NCBI GenBank assembly: GCA_965235115.1
Contig: OZ249436.1
Coordinates: 20,958,001 to 21,022,000 of the forward strand
From: Laetmonice hystrix
Lineage: Eukaryota
Reading direction: 5' to 3'
DNA: 64,000 nucleotides
Position 1 is the stretch's first letter; each line of letters begins with the position of its first letter. The notes beneath the pieces are model-generated. The model searched no databases, had not been told where the DNA came from, and saw nothing but the letters and a program-made list of their open reading frames with translations. Position numbers and translations under genes: made by a program. Shown piece by piece: positions 13,479 through 27,342 of the stretch.

Positions 13479-14637
13479 ACGATGAGGACATCCGTGGGAT
13501 TACAGAACCATAGTTTACGAGTGTCGCCGAACAGATTCAGTCGGGGATAACGACTTCTCCAGATCCTCAGCTTACTCACTGATTACTAGACCCAAGGCAC
13601 GCATGACATATAAATATCCGGTTTCAGCAGCGGCGCTGGGTTGGAGGTCGTCCTTCTGTCAGTAATAAGTCTTATTCAATTATTTAGTCTAATTGGGTGA
13701 TGATGATGTCAAGTATAAATATCAAGCCGCCCGTGTGCGTTTTGACCATGCGTACATGAATGTGTCGCCCCATTGATTCAGAAACTGGACAGTTTGCCTT
13801 GTGAATCCTGCAGTCCATGTGTGACTGACTGAAAGATATAGTCGTTTAACGTGTAACACAGACACAACGTTACACGGCCCACTATTGGAAACCAAGTGGT
13901 GATCCAGACGAACTCGTGGACTAAATCCTTCTCATGATGGCCATCTTTGTAAGTCAGGTGGGACGGTAGGTTTAGAATAATTAGATCTAATCCTCTATAC
14001 TCGTCACAATTACTTCCCCCAGTGGTCCTTACAAGGACCGTACATTTGTCAGTGTTAAAAGTGTCGCCCGGCACCCTGAAATAGTATTCCATTTAAAGTG
14101 TTACGACTTTTACATCAATTAGGATGTGCTTGTCGTGGTGGTCTATCGAATGCCAATGACAGTATCCTCATCCCTTGGGGCCGAAGGTCGAGGCCCGGAT
14201 GTCGGTGGGTAGAATTACAAGTGGGCGTGACGTGACATATGCAATCGATGTAACTACATTTAGAATATTTCTCCGTTAGGTGCTGTTATACGTGGTGTGT
14301 GGGCCGTTTGTAGAGTGTTAGGGCCCTGGTCTGGTCAGTCTCCAGGTTGACGGTTCTCACCCATGGGTCGCGACACAGAACAGGATCAATGCGAGTCCTA
14401 AGTCGGGTCGCGGTGGGTCACCAGGAGAATTCTATCACAAACCCCGAAGGTCGTGAGGTCTTCACGAGGGTTGAGTTATAGCCACCCAATAATAAGGTCG
14501 AGAACCGAAGCCCTAAATGTTGGGTAGGCCATACGGTTGGTCGTGTTCCGCACACGAGCCAATGGTTGTGTCGCCCAAAGCCAACCGCCCCAGCATTCGC
14601 TGGTAGAAATATGGTAGCTGGCAGGAGCCGATGTACA

Positions 14638-14776
14638 GATTGGTTGAGCTGACATGAGACTGGTTGAGCTGACATGAGACTGGTTGAACTGACATGAGAT
14701 TGGTTGAGCTGACATGAGACTGGTTGAGCTGACATGAGATTGGTTGAGCTGACATGAGACTGGTTGAGCTGACATA
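14638..14776. repeat. 20-bp minisatellite, ~7 units
   Basis: Unit GAYTGGTTGAGCTGACATGA. Confidence 0.95.
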
Positions 14777-17553
14777 AGAAGTTGGAAAGCTTCAAGGAAC
14801 CCGACCGTTGGTCGAATACTGTTTTTAAAATATCTGCTAGAATACCGTAACCAACGTCATTGCCAGTATTGAGTAGTATATGAGAATTGGCGTTTATTTC
14901 GGGCTTAAACTTGATGCGCTGGCCTTAAAAGCCAATGGGTCTAATGTAGCACTTCTGCTGCGTGCAATTAGTCTCAGTCACTATACGTAATCGCTATCTC
15001 CCAAAATAAATAACTCAGGGGTTCTAACCAGACGTGTGAGCATTCAACAGGGACCTCTCAATATGGACCAGAAATCTCAGAAGAAAGGAGAAATCCTCCG
15101 GTGGGTCGTCAACATGAAGCACCAAGTGCTGGTAACCGTATTCATTAAACTATGTACGTGTACGAGCACCACGTCTCAGTTGTGAGAGGTCTGGGGAGAT
15201 TAGAATAATAATAGATGAGCGTTGTTTTGCCCGGCGGCCGGTCTCGACTAACTTGCTTGGATTGGCGTCGGTTTTATTTCGTCGGAATAGATGAGCTGAA
15301 AGGCTCTATTGACGATACTATTGTTCATGGCGGAGGACCCATCAATACACCCATCCTTGTGTGAGTTCTATACTCGGACTAACGAGTGTGCCCGGAGTTC
15401 CTCGTGTGGTATACGACCGGAAACTTTTGTCAGTGTAGGACCCATGATCCGCGGGCGGCCCACAGTATATACTCTATACTCGGGGACCTGTAGTTTACCC
15501 ACCGGAAGCCATCCTCCCTATCGTCTGCTGGAGTTGTCTGGCGTCTCCATATCGCCGGGAGGTGTTACCTTCTACTTACTGCACCTGTCTTTCCTTCCCA
15601 CCGGCGGCGTTTTCTGTCATGGATCCATTTTTGTCATGAGGATCACCAACTATCGTTCTCAATGCCGCAGGCCATTTGACACACTGCAAGCCGACAAAAT
15701 GTTTCCACTACAAACAACTGATTTTACGAGAATCAACATACCCCCAGAGAATCATTGTCTCGTGCAATTAAATTCGTTCGTTGAGGCGGTGGTGTCAATA
15801 GAAAAACTGTTCGGTTACCGGCCTGTGCGCACACGGACGTGATGGAGGGAGTACTTTCGTAGATTAGCTTTCTTTTTACATCCTCAGTGTGTCTCTTAAT
15901 CTCCATTCGTGATCGCCTGGCCTGCTGTGTGCATGGCCCTTATCTAAAGCAACGAATTAGCATTGTGTTCTTTTCTGTTTTTAAGCTGATAAACTTTAGA
16001 GCTGATAACAAAAAAATCGTTCGAGCGATTATGAAACTGGTGAAATTCACAGATGTTCGATCGTTACATTGTAAGTTCGTTATGTAAAACGACGTTCGTG
16101 ACACGGCACAGGTTCTCTACTGTATATCTTGCTGTATAAGGTGTTATATGTGTAGATGTTATATGTGTAGATGTTATATGTGTAGATGTTATAAGTTGTT
16201 CCCCAGAATTAATGAACACTTGATTGGAATGCTATCCCCCAGCAACGCATGACCTGGTTGGTAACTAGAATGAGAAGGAGGAGGTGCCAGGCTGCTGTGG
16301 CTGTTTATGGTTCTGCCACTCCTACTGAAACTGCTGACTGCTGCTTATTCAATGAATCAAGTGTTCAATGAATAAAGCGTAAAATTGCCAATATGTCTTG
16401 TTTATACCTTGTTACTGATAGGGAGCTGGTTGTTATTGATCAAGGGTTGGTTGTTCTGTTGAGCACAGATATTGCCTGCAAGTTTGGCGGATTTTGTTTC
16501 GGACACCACTCGCATTCACAACAGAGTTGCTGAGCCCTCAAACAAGTGATTATTAACATCTGGTATGTATCGTTGTGAAAAGGTCCCACTAAGCTTTCCG
16601 TTGATATGTGAAATGATGTGACCAGGTCACAAATAACCAAGATATATAGGTGACTGATTGCAACGTTTTGGAGGGAGGTTATTTGTTAACTCATGCACAA
16701 GGCAATAAAGCTTTGTTATAAAAGACGCGTAGAATACCCATCTGTTTAGTACGTCAATAAATCTAGCTATCCGATGGGCCACCTTTAATTTACTTCCCTC
16801 AAGGGATTACCCCTTTCTCACACAGATACCGTACAGTCTATAACAAGGGGACGTCGCCCACAGCTGGTCGATGTACGGATTAAAATCTATTGTCCTGGCC
16901 CCCAAAGGTGGGTAAATGTCGACGTGGTTAATAGGGTTCTCATAGCCGGGGCATGCATGCAGTTGCGCCCAGTAATCATGGTGAAAAGGTGCCCTTTTTA
17001 CAGCAGGCGCCCTTTTTAAAGGTGTGAATTCATTCTTGTGATCATGGTGCCCTACTAAGTCTGCCCACCCAGCAGTTTTAGGCTGCGTACGGCCCTAGTT
17101 CTGCTTGCAGAGCGGACTATACATGTAATCATTGAGGTGAATGTTCTGAACGCTGCCCGAGTGGCGGTAAACCCAAGAAATACTAACGATCACGACTGTA
17201 AACAGATACTGATTACATACAATGTGAAACTACAATGTACGAAGATCTCACTCTTTCGTTTTAATTGGCAAGCACACGTATCGATGTATTAGTGAAAAAC
17301 ACAAGAAGAAAATATCACGGAGGTATGCATTGTCGTGAATTTGTAAAGGTTGTTAAAGAAAAATGGCTGGGCTTGGGGTCCGACTGATGCACAGCTAAGC
17401 CTAGTTCATGCAGAACTAATACGATGAAAACTCTGTACAAATATCCCGACGGATTAAAGTAATTCGCAGAAAAATACCAGCCCTTTATACTAAGGTTAAT
17501 ATTGGTGCCGTGTGAGCAGAGCTTGCATACCAGTTTAGGCATCTACTATCGGC

Positions 17554-18287
17554 TTCTGTCCTACTTCATCTACTGGTGACATCCAGACTTTCTGTCCTAC
17601 TTCATCTACTGGTGACATCCAGACTTTCTGTCCTACTTCATCTATACTGGTGACATCCAGACTTTCTGTCCTACTTCATCTACTGGTGACATCCAGACTT
17701 TCTGCCCTACTTCATCTACTGGTGACATCCAGACTTTCTGTCCTACGTACTTCATCTACTGGTGACATCCAGACTTTCTGTCCTACTTCATCTACTGGTG
17801 ACATCCAGACTTTCTGTCCTACTTCATCTACTGGTGACATCCAGACTTTCTGTCCTACTTCATCTACTGGTGACATCCAGACTTTCTGTCCTACTTCATC
17901 TACTGGTGACATCCAGACTTTCTGTCCTACTTCATCTACTGGTGACATCCAGACTTTCTGTTCTACTTCATCTACTGGTGACATCCAGACTTTCTGTCCT
18001 ACTTCATCTACTGGTGACATCCAGACTTTCTGTCCTACGTACTTCATCTACTGGTGACATCCAGACTTTCTGTCCTACTTCATCTACTGGTGACATCCAG
18101 ACTTTCTGTCCTACTTCATCTACTGGTGACATCCAGACTTTCTGTCCTACTTCATCTACTGGTGACATCCAGACTTCCTGTCCTACTTCATCTACTGGTG
18201 ACATCCAGACTTTCTGTCCTACTTCATCTACTGGTGACATCCAGACTTTCTGTCCTACTTCATCTACTGGTGACATCCAGACTTTCC
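17554..18287. repeat. 36-bp minisatellite, ~20 units
   Basis: Unit CTTTCTGTCCTACTTCATCTACTGGTGACATCCAGA with occasional 2- or 4-bp insertions. Confidence 0.97.
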
Positions 18288-19687
18288 TAAATGTTCTAAT
18301 CAAGAACATAATGTGGGAAATGTGAACATGATTGAGTTTTCCATCGATATGTGACATGACATTGCCGGATCACAAATAACCGAAATATAGGTGACGGAAA
18401 CAAATTTCCAAACTTTTTTGGATAAAAGTAGTCTACTTTTCTGATTTGTCCATTCTTTCTTACAATTCTCTTTAGGCACGACGCGAGAAGACGACCTTGA
18501 AGAATAATCGAAGATGTAAGGTCATGTATATCAATACGTTTCACTTTATGCACTCTCCAAGATATCTGAGATATTTGTGTGTGGTGAGCCTTTCGTATTG
18601 ATTTAGTCTGAGAGAGTAAGTGTGACAAAGACAGGTAATTCTAGAGATATGGCAATATGAAGTAGGCGGCCCATAACCCCAGGCACATTCTTACCATGTC
18701 AATAAATGTACTTGCTACTATATTGCAAACACTAAATGTCATGATGCCGGGTTCCTGACTGTTCTTACGAAGTGAAAATTACATTATTTTGTATTGGCTT
18801 TGCCCATTGGTAGCAAGACAATACGTATAGTCCACGTATGATACTGATGTTGATTATAATGTTGATGAACAAAATGATTAATGACACCATCGAATATTTC
18901 GGAGATACAGAGGACCTATTTCATTGTCAAACCTTCTTTTGAGAGAAATACGAATTGTTCGCAAAAAAAAACAGAAACAAGATTTTAAACTTATTTCAAG
19001 TCTCAGCACCCCAATAATTATTAATACATTTACGAAAATTTCACTCAGTGCAGCCAAACAAGCCCCTAGCATTAACGCTAAAGATTTAAGGCAAGACCTG
19101 TGGTGCTTCTCTGCCATCCCTCACTACAGGCCATTGGACGGAGGCTGGGGCCGAAATCGAATGACTTTACAGCCACCAGCCACAATCAAGGCAATCTCCA
19201 ATTGCAGAGGGTGCCGACTCCATTCAAATTCAACGGTCCATTTTCTCTTCCGGTACTCAATCTGGCAGTATTGACAAAGGTCAGTGGAGCAAGCATGACC
19301 GTCCGCCCTACCACGCTGCCACACGACCACGCTGCGCATTCAGCAAAACAACTTAGTGCACAAAGTTCTTTACAACTGCTAGCGAATACAGCCATACGAC
19401 ATATCACCTTCATGGAGGTCGAGTTTTCGCGCTGAATATAAACGAAATATTGCCGACAGGGCGTGAAATTCACAACTTACTCAAGCCGGACTTCAATTCA
19501 ATTGGGAGATAAGATTTGTTTTCCTCCACACCAAAAACAAAAAACAAAACAAAACAAAACAAACAACTCCGCAATACAAAACAAAATTAAACACACACAC
19601 ATACACTCACAGCGGTCAAATAATAACAAGGCGAATAGGCGGACTTTTTTTCTGAATTACCGGCCTCGAGTACACACGCAAGCTTAC

Positions 19688-20153
19688 CTTGAGCAAAGCT
19701 GTCGAACTTGCAGAAGAAGGCTCCCAAGACCCATCCCTCGGTGAGATCGTCGACAAGATGTACCCAGGTGCAGGTTAAAGTCACCATGAGATCAGAAACA
19801 GCCAGATTAACTATGTAATAATTGGTGGTCGTCCACATACGTTTGTTACGGGCCACGATAATGACTACCGCCAGGTTTCCAAGCACGGCCACGGCCATGA
19901 TGAAAGTATAGAAGACAATTTTGATTATGACTTCCCATAGCGGTACTTGACGAAGTTCGCCTGGGTAGGGGATGAATCGGGTAAAGTCTGGACTGAGATC
20001 ATCCATGCCTGGATCAGGCCAAGCTTGTCCCTTCACCCCCGATCCTTCCTCTCCGCCGTCATTGTCTAGTATTGAGTACGTCAAGTTCCTGTGGGGGTCC
20101 GCCAGACCGCTCCGAGCTATTGAGTCCATTGTTCCCGCTAAACCTTGAGGCAT
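19688..20153 (-). CDS. Class A (rhodopsin-like) neuropeptide-receptor-like GPCR, first coding exon (N-terminus, TM1, TM2, start of TM3); 'gene B'
   Basis: MPQGLAGTMDS...NLT (N-glycosylation sequon)...IKIVFYTFIMAVAVLGNLAVVIIVARNKRMWTTTNYYIVNLAVSDLMVTLTCTWVHLVDDLTEGWVLGAFFCKFDSFAQ: GN in TM1, NLAxxD in TM2, WxxG..C in ECL1/TM3. Ends at a strong phase-1 donor CAAG|GTAAGC. Start is ATG 20153 or ATG 20129. The next exon is not in 1-19687. Confidence 0.93.
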
Positions 20154-20209
20154 AGAAGGCAAATGCCGTGAAAAGTGATTCAGGGTGTAAACGGAGAAAG
20201 GGACGGGGC

Positions 20210-20961
20210 TTGGGGCTCTCCGTGCCCGGCCTGTGGAGCTCTCCGTGCCCGGCCTGTGGGACTCTCCGTGCCCGGCCTGTGGAGTGTGGGGCTCTCCGTG
20301 CCCGGCCTGTGGAGCTCTCCGTACCCGGCCTGTGGGGCTCTCCGTGCCCGACCTGTGGAGATCTCCGTGCCCGGCCTGTGGGATTCTCCGTGCCCGGCCT
20401 GTGGAGCTCTTCGTGCCCGGCCTGTGGGGTTCTCCGTGCCCGGCCTGTGGAGCTCTCCGTTTCCGGCCTGTGGAGTGTGGGGCTTTCCGTGTCCGGCCTG
20501 TGGGACTCTCCGTGTCCGGCCTGTGGGGCTCTCCGTGCCCGACCTGTGGAGCTCTCCGTGCCCGGCCTGTGGAGCTCTCCGTGTTCGGCCTGTGGGACTC
20601 TCCGTGCCCGACCTGTGGAGCTCTCCGTGCCCGGCCTGTGGAGTGTGGGGCTCTCCGTGCCCGGCCTGTGGAGTGTGGGGCTCTCCGTGCCCGGCCTGTG
20701 GGGCTTTCCGTGTCCGGCCTGTGGGACTCTCCGTGTCCGGCCTGTGGGGCTCTCCGTGCCCGGCCTGTGGGGCTCTCTGTGCCCGACCTGTGGAGCTCTC
20801 CGTGCCCGGCCTGTGGGGCTCTCCGTGCCCGGCCTGTGGAGTGTGGGGCTCTTCGTGCCCGGCCTGTGGGGCTCTCCTTGCCCGACCTGTGGAGCTCTCC
20901 GTGCCCGGCCTGTGGGGCTCTCCGTGCCCGGCCTGTGAGGCTCTCCGTGCCCGGCCTGTGG
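20210..20961. repeat. GC-rich 23-bp minisatellite, ~30 units, just 5' of the gene B start codon
   Basis: Unit CTGTGGRGCTCTCCGTGCCCGGC with an occasional 7-bp GAGTGTG insertion. Confidence 0.97.
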
Positions 20962-23900
20962 TTGTCGAAAGCCTCAGTTGCTGTATTAGACGGTCGATAT
21001 CGACTTTCCACTTTATTATTCAACTATCATTCGCACCTCAAGCTTGAGAATTATGCCCTCGATCACACGACGTCCAACGCAATTGGCAGCCCATATATCT
21101 TGAGGGGTAACACCATCTCGTGTTGTTCAGCGGCTTAGATGTTGCCCTAATAATAGTGTACAATCAGAGGCTGTAGGCGTTAGACATTGATGGCGGCTAT
21201 TTCTGTGATCGACCGCCCAGCACATCCAACCTATCGTCGTGCATGAAGCCGTGGCTGTGCACTGAAGGTGGGTAGAGTCGCCCGTGGCGGCGTGGCAAGG
21301 CGTCCACTTGTCGGCTACTGATCCAACAAGAGTTGCACCAATTTCCCAGTATGTTCTCCAGAAATTACATCCCCGGCCTTGGGTACTTGGGCGCAGAGTT
21401 CACGAGACGTAACGACAGCATTTTAAGGACAGAAATGATAGTTGTCTGTGAAGTCTAGTGTAAGAACATGGTGACATTTGGAAATAATAAGGTAAGAGAG
21501 GTAACCTTAGGAGATTGTCTACGTTTTAGTCGCCTGTTGAAGGAAAAGTTCATCCACAGCAGTCTAATTCATCAACAATTACTGCCACATAAAACCGCCG
21601 TCATTTGGCTTCTGTATGTTCAGCGACAAACGCTATACTGGAGTAAAATAGTCCGTCCTTTTCACATCCGGCGTTTGAAAAGCCGTTTGTGTTTGTGTTA
21701 AAAGGAATATGTCGTCTGCCTCTGGTATGACGACATGAAAACCGCGTGCTCTGTGGATTCGGCCAATTCCATTCGTGAGCTCTCAATCCTGTAGAAGAAT
21801 AAGATTATGAGCTCCAAACATTCAATCAATGAGTGCATGCGTGATTACGTTGTGAATTCCATCGGAAGGGAAAAAGGCATGAAACGACGCTGTCAGGTGC
21901 TCAGGTGCGTATCCTCGGAAGGCAATCGTAAAACAAAAAACCTTGAAACCACAGCACTTAACCCCAGAAGTGCTCGCATTGACCTCCGAGTACGAACTGT
22001 GCAGGACGTTTTGCTGTGTTAATGTATCAGAAGGTCTCCCGGTTGGTCACCAGTTTTGTCGGGTGTTGTCGTGACGGTGAAGGCTGGACGACAACTTGGG
22101 GTCGGACACGCTGCGTGTTGGCCTAGCGCACGGTCGCCAGGAAATCCTAGGCAGGCAGTGACGGTGCTGCCGTTCACGATTCCATGGTATCCAGTAACAG
22201 CCGCATGGCAAGCTCTAACCACCCATTGTCGGGGATTTGCTGAGCAGATGTCTCGGTCGACAACTTCCCGGATGTATGTACGGCGTAACGCGTCAAAAAA
22301 AATAGCAACGGTTGCTCTCTCCAGGTGTACGCGCACATGCCAACACATTGCCTATTCTGACACCTTTCGATATCTTCCAGGCGATGTAGGAACAACAGAT
22401 TGGAGATCTGTGGATTCATTATAGGACTGCTCCAGAAAATAACTTGCCATAGAATTTATTGTACTGCCTCTCGCCTTATCTTTAGATGGGTTATGTAGAT
22501 TACCATTGATATCGAACCAGCAACCAACAACATTATTGTGAAAGTCATGTTGATTCCGACCCATAAACAATTAGTATTTTCAGATTCGATTCATTTACTG
22601 TTGATTTACTAAATGATCGATCGCACATAAATGCGCAGGGCCAGGTGAAGGTGTTTAGCTTTTTGTGTGCCTATAATTACCGTCCAGTATAGCTTCCTTG
22701 GTCATTCTCGGGCAACTTTAATACACCCCAATATGTTAATATACCTGTGGCTATCCTCGTGATGACCATCGATTAATTTAAGCGATGGACCAGTCTCAAT
22801 ACCCACACGTTTGCAATAATGTATTGAGATTTCCCAATATGTAAGCCTTCCATGTGACTGCATTAGATGGTCATAACCTACTCGACCTATCCCCCCAAAA
22901 CCCTACACCCCGACCCCCACGCACCCACCAGTGGAGTGTGCGCTGATTGAGAACCACGTCATGGCCAGAGTGTAACTTTGGCGCCACGTTAGTACCTCTC
23001 ACTGCAGCCGACAGATGGCGGTGGCGACTCGCCGTGCCGATGTCGGCAATGTTAGGTCAGCGAACCTCATTCCGCGGTGGAGGACACAGCAGGTATAAGT
23101 TGACGCTGACCGCGCCGTACGTATCAGTATATTTATAATTTTATAGTTTTATCGCCGAGCATGGCAACCCGTGGACCAACAACGGACCTTTCTGCCTTTT
23201 ATCGTATCAAGTAACATATAGTAAAAGGGAAATATGACAAAAAAGAAAACCATTATTTATACGTAAGCTGGCATACGTGATGAGAGGAACATTTTGCAAC
23301 AAGCTACTGTAAAACCACATCATGTTAAGGCCTGAAAATAAATCCCCTGTTTCTGGTAACACGACAACATGGTTATTACAATCAATACCTTAGGACTTCA
23401 CCGCCAGGGGGCAATCAGACGTTGTTCTGACCGATGTCATGTTTTAAAGGAATCATGTCAACCTGGTTGAGCGTTCCGGGAAGTTAGGCCTGGTTTCACG
23501 CTTACCTCGTCAAAATCTATGCACCTTCTGTCCCGAGGATACTTCCTAGGTTTAATATACGTAGGGGCCTATGTATTGTACAGCAGCGAAATGCACTGTC
23601 ACCTTCACATTCCATATTTCCTGTCGGGAACACTCAAAAACAACGCTGCTTTCCGGCATTGGAAATGTCTGACCTGCAGTCATAGCGTTGGAACGGGTTA
23701 AATGATAACGTGATCGCGGCTATAGTCTCGCGTTCTGTGAAAAGGGTGTAAAGTCGCCCGGCTAAAACTTTATCGCGCGCGTCATTCCAAATTTGCTGTT
23801 TTTAAATAGTGTTTACAAATATTCACGGAATCCAATCAGGCAAGTATATAGGCAGTGCTATGGAACAGAATTACCAGACTATATACAAGCAGTATTTTCG

Positions 23901-25404
23901 CCAATTTGTAAAATCTATATGAAATAATTGACACTATTCCGTTAAATAATAACGTCCATAGTCTAACAACATGAATCCTGCATAACAACATTCTTTGAAG
24001 TTATGATGTGGCATCGACCGTGATTGCATGTTTGGAAGATGATTGAATTCTTTCAGTATCGACAGTATGAATTCGTTAATGCGGGTTCGCTTACCGGAAA
24101 CGCAGCATTTTAACCCTCACTCGCTTCGAGAACCCATATTGACGATCATTCTAATTTAATTGATACTCTTGCATAAATCAATCGATGTGGAAAGCCTCCA
24201 GGAGCTGTTTCTTCGTTCCCCGAAGAAAAACCTGTGAAACCTCATTTAGGAAATGTTTACAGAGCCAATAGTGAAACATTTCTGGAGAAAACTATTATCA
24301 GTGGCCCCAAAAGGCATTGTTGAGAACCCAAGAAACATTAACAGGCTTATGCTAAATATCAGTTGTAATCATTCAATTATCCTTTTATTTGTGAAATAGC
24401 AAGGACATATTATAATGAAACTCAGTTGCTAGGTTTATGAACAAATGTGCTTAAAATTTCACTTTTGATTTCACAATTCATTACCGACTTTGTGAACAAG
24501 AAAATGTTAAAAATATTTGATTTCCAACAGTCAACTTTATCGTCTGAGTATCGGTTTACAATATAACGATTTCCAATTAGTTCAGTAGGGGCCGATTACA
24601 TGTATACTTAGATCCATTTTCAAGTCAGGCATGTCATAGATATCAGTAGCAAAAGGATCCTTGGTACATAACTGCAAAATAGCTTCACGACATCAAAGAT
24701 CTCAATTACGTATGAAGGAATGGCAAATATAGACCAACATTTCTCTGGCTATAGGACGGCCCAAACCAAACCTACCCCAGTCAGATACCAATGTTTTAGG
24801 ATACAACCCAACCGGTAATCGAACAAGTAGACAGACAGAAGAATTACACGTATACATGTACATTGCAGGCGAGGAGCCCGGAGAACATGTTGGGAGAGAA
24901 GATTTCAGCGATGGCCGTGGACGCTCAAACATGTTACCTATATCCGAGGGTATTAGGTTGGTACAGATGCCAGTCAGATATTGTGCAGGTAAATCTACAT
25001 CCAGGCTTCATGATGACTTCTTCAGATCCGTATACCACTTGACCGGGCATGAGACGCTTGTATGCTTGGTAGGAATTTAGCCAGCGGAGACAGAAAATTA
25101 ATGTAGTTCCGTTCAGGTTTCACTCCCTGGTGTCATCACAGACAGAAAGTTATTTTATCTATACGACCATGGCGATAAGGATCCGAACGAGAACACGTAC
25201 CAGTCAGTGGTGCCAATTATTTAAGAGAATATATATAATGTGCATCATATTAAAGCAAAAAGCGACTATAGGCCTATCTCTTCTTTCAATGACGAAAATG
25301 TAGACATGAGCTGTTAGGTTAGATAAGGCATTAGACTACATAAATCAATAAATGTATACCAACAGAAATGAAGAAATCTAATGAATTTCAAGTCCAGTTG
25401 CTGT

Positions 25405-27342
25405 TGGTTGCACAGATTGTCTCTGATCTCAAACTGAGCCCAGACAGGCGTCGGTTGCACAGATTGTCTCTGATCTCAAACTGAGCCCAGACAGGTGTCG
25501 GTTGCACAGATTGTCTCTGATCTCAAACTGAGCCCAGACAGGCGTCGTCTGCACAGATTGTCTCTGATCTCAAACTGAGCCCAGACAGGCGTCGTCTGCA
25601 CAGATTGTCTCTGATCTCAAACTGAGCCCAGACAGGCGTCGTCTGCACAGATTGTCTCTGATCTCAAACTGAGCCCAGACAGGCGTCGTCTGCACAGATT
25701 GTCTCTGATCTCAAACTGAGCCCAGACAGGCGCCGTCTGCACAGATTGTCTCTGATCTCAAACTGAGCCCAGACAGGCGTCGGTTGCACATATTGTCTCT
25801 GATCTCAAACTGAGCCCAGACAGGCGTCGTCTGCACAGATTGTCTCTGATCTCAAACTGAGCCCAGACAGGCGTCGGTTGCACAGATTGTCTCTGATCTC
25901 AAACTGAGCCCAGACAGGCGTCGTCTGCACATATTGTCTCTGACCTCAAACTGAGCCCAGACAGGTGTCGGTTGCACAGATTGTCTCTGATCTCAAACTG
26001 AGCCCAGACAGGCGTCGGTTGCACAGATTGTCTCTGATTTCAAACTGAGCCCAGACAGGCGTCGGTTGCACATATTGTCTCTGATCTCAAACTGAGCCCA
26101 GACAGGCGTCGGTTGCACATATTGTCTCTGACCTCAAACTGAGCCCAGACAGGCGTCGGTTGCACAGATTGTCTCTGACCTCAAACTGAGCCCAGACAGG
26201 CGCCGTCTGCACAGATTGTCTCTGATCTCAAACTGAGCCCAGACAGGCGTCGGTTGCACATATTGTCTCTGATCTCAAACTGAGCCCAGACAGGCGTCGT
26301 CTGCACAGATTGTCTCTGATCTCAAACTGAGCCCAGACAGGCGTCGGTTGCACAGATTGTCTCTGATCTCAAACTGAGCCCAGACAGGCGTCGTCTGCAC
26401 ATATTGTCTCTGACCTCAAACTGAGCCCAGACAGGTGTCGGTTGCACAGATTGTCTCTGATCTCAAACTGAGCCCAGACAGGCGTCGGTTGCACATATTG
26501 TCTCTGATCTCAAACTGAGCCCAGACAGGCGTCGGTTGCACATATTGTCTCTGATCTCAAACTGAGCCCAGACAGGCGTCGGTTGCACAGATTGTCTCTG
26601 ATCTCAAACTGAGCCCAGACAGGCGTCGGTTGCACATATTGTCTCTGATCTCAAACTGAGCCCAGACAGGCGTCGGTTGCACAGATTGTCTCTGATCTCA
26701 AACTGAGCCCAGACAGGCGTCGGTTGCACAGATTGTCTCTGACCTCAAACTGAGCCCAGACAGGCGTCGGTTGCACAGATTGTCTCTGATCTCAAACTGA
26801 GCCCAGACAGGCGTCGGTTGCACAGATTGTCTCTGATTTCAAACTGAGCCCAGACAGGCGTCGGTTGCACATATTGTCTCTGATCTCAAACTGAGCCTAG
26901 ACAGGCGTCGGTTGCACAGATTGTCTCTGATCTCAAACTGAGCCCAGACAGGCGTCGGTTGCACAGATTGTCTCTGATTTCAAACTGAGCCCAGACAGGC
27001 GTCGGTTGCACATATTGTCTCTGATCTCAAACTGAGCCCAGACAGGCGTCGGTTGCACATATTGTCTCTGATCTCAAACTGAGCCCAGACAGGCGTCGGT
27101 TGCACAGATTGTCTCTGATCTCAAACTGAGCCCAGACAGGCGTCGTCTGCACAGATTGTCTCTGATCTCAAACTGAGCCCAGACAGGCGTCGGTTGCACA
27201 TATTGTCTCTGATCTCAAACTGAGCCCAGACAGGCGTCGGTTGCACATATTGTCTCTGATCTCAAACTGAGCCCAGACAGGCGTCGGTTGCACAGATTGT
27301 CTCTGGCCTCAAACTGAGCCCAGACAGGCGTTGGTTGCACAG
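25405..27342. repeat. 47-bp minisatellite, ~41 units
   Basis: Unit GTTGCACAGATTGTCTCTGATCTCAAACTGAGCCCAGACAGGCGTCG; CAGACAGG at 25441 and 25488. Confidence 0.98.

Noticed and set aside
15309..15842. 177-aa plus-strand ORF
   Set aside because: TTG start, no recognisable domain or convincing splice context, and antisense within the gene B intron.
17650..18357. Repetitive ORFs on both strands
   Set aside because: Translations of the 36-bp minisatellite, frameshifted by 2-4-bp indels.
19587..21023. 478-aa single-exon receptor
   Set aside because: It starts at TTG, the first ~290 aa come from the minisatellite and its flanks, and GPCR similarity stops at the GTAAGC donor at 19687.
20168..21138. 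Plus-strand ORFs rich in CPACG (apparent zinc ribbons)
   Set aside because: All three frames give the same cycling peptides from the 23-bp unit; a repeat artefact antisense to the GPCR.
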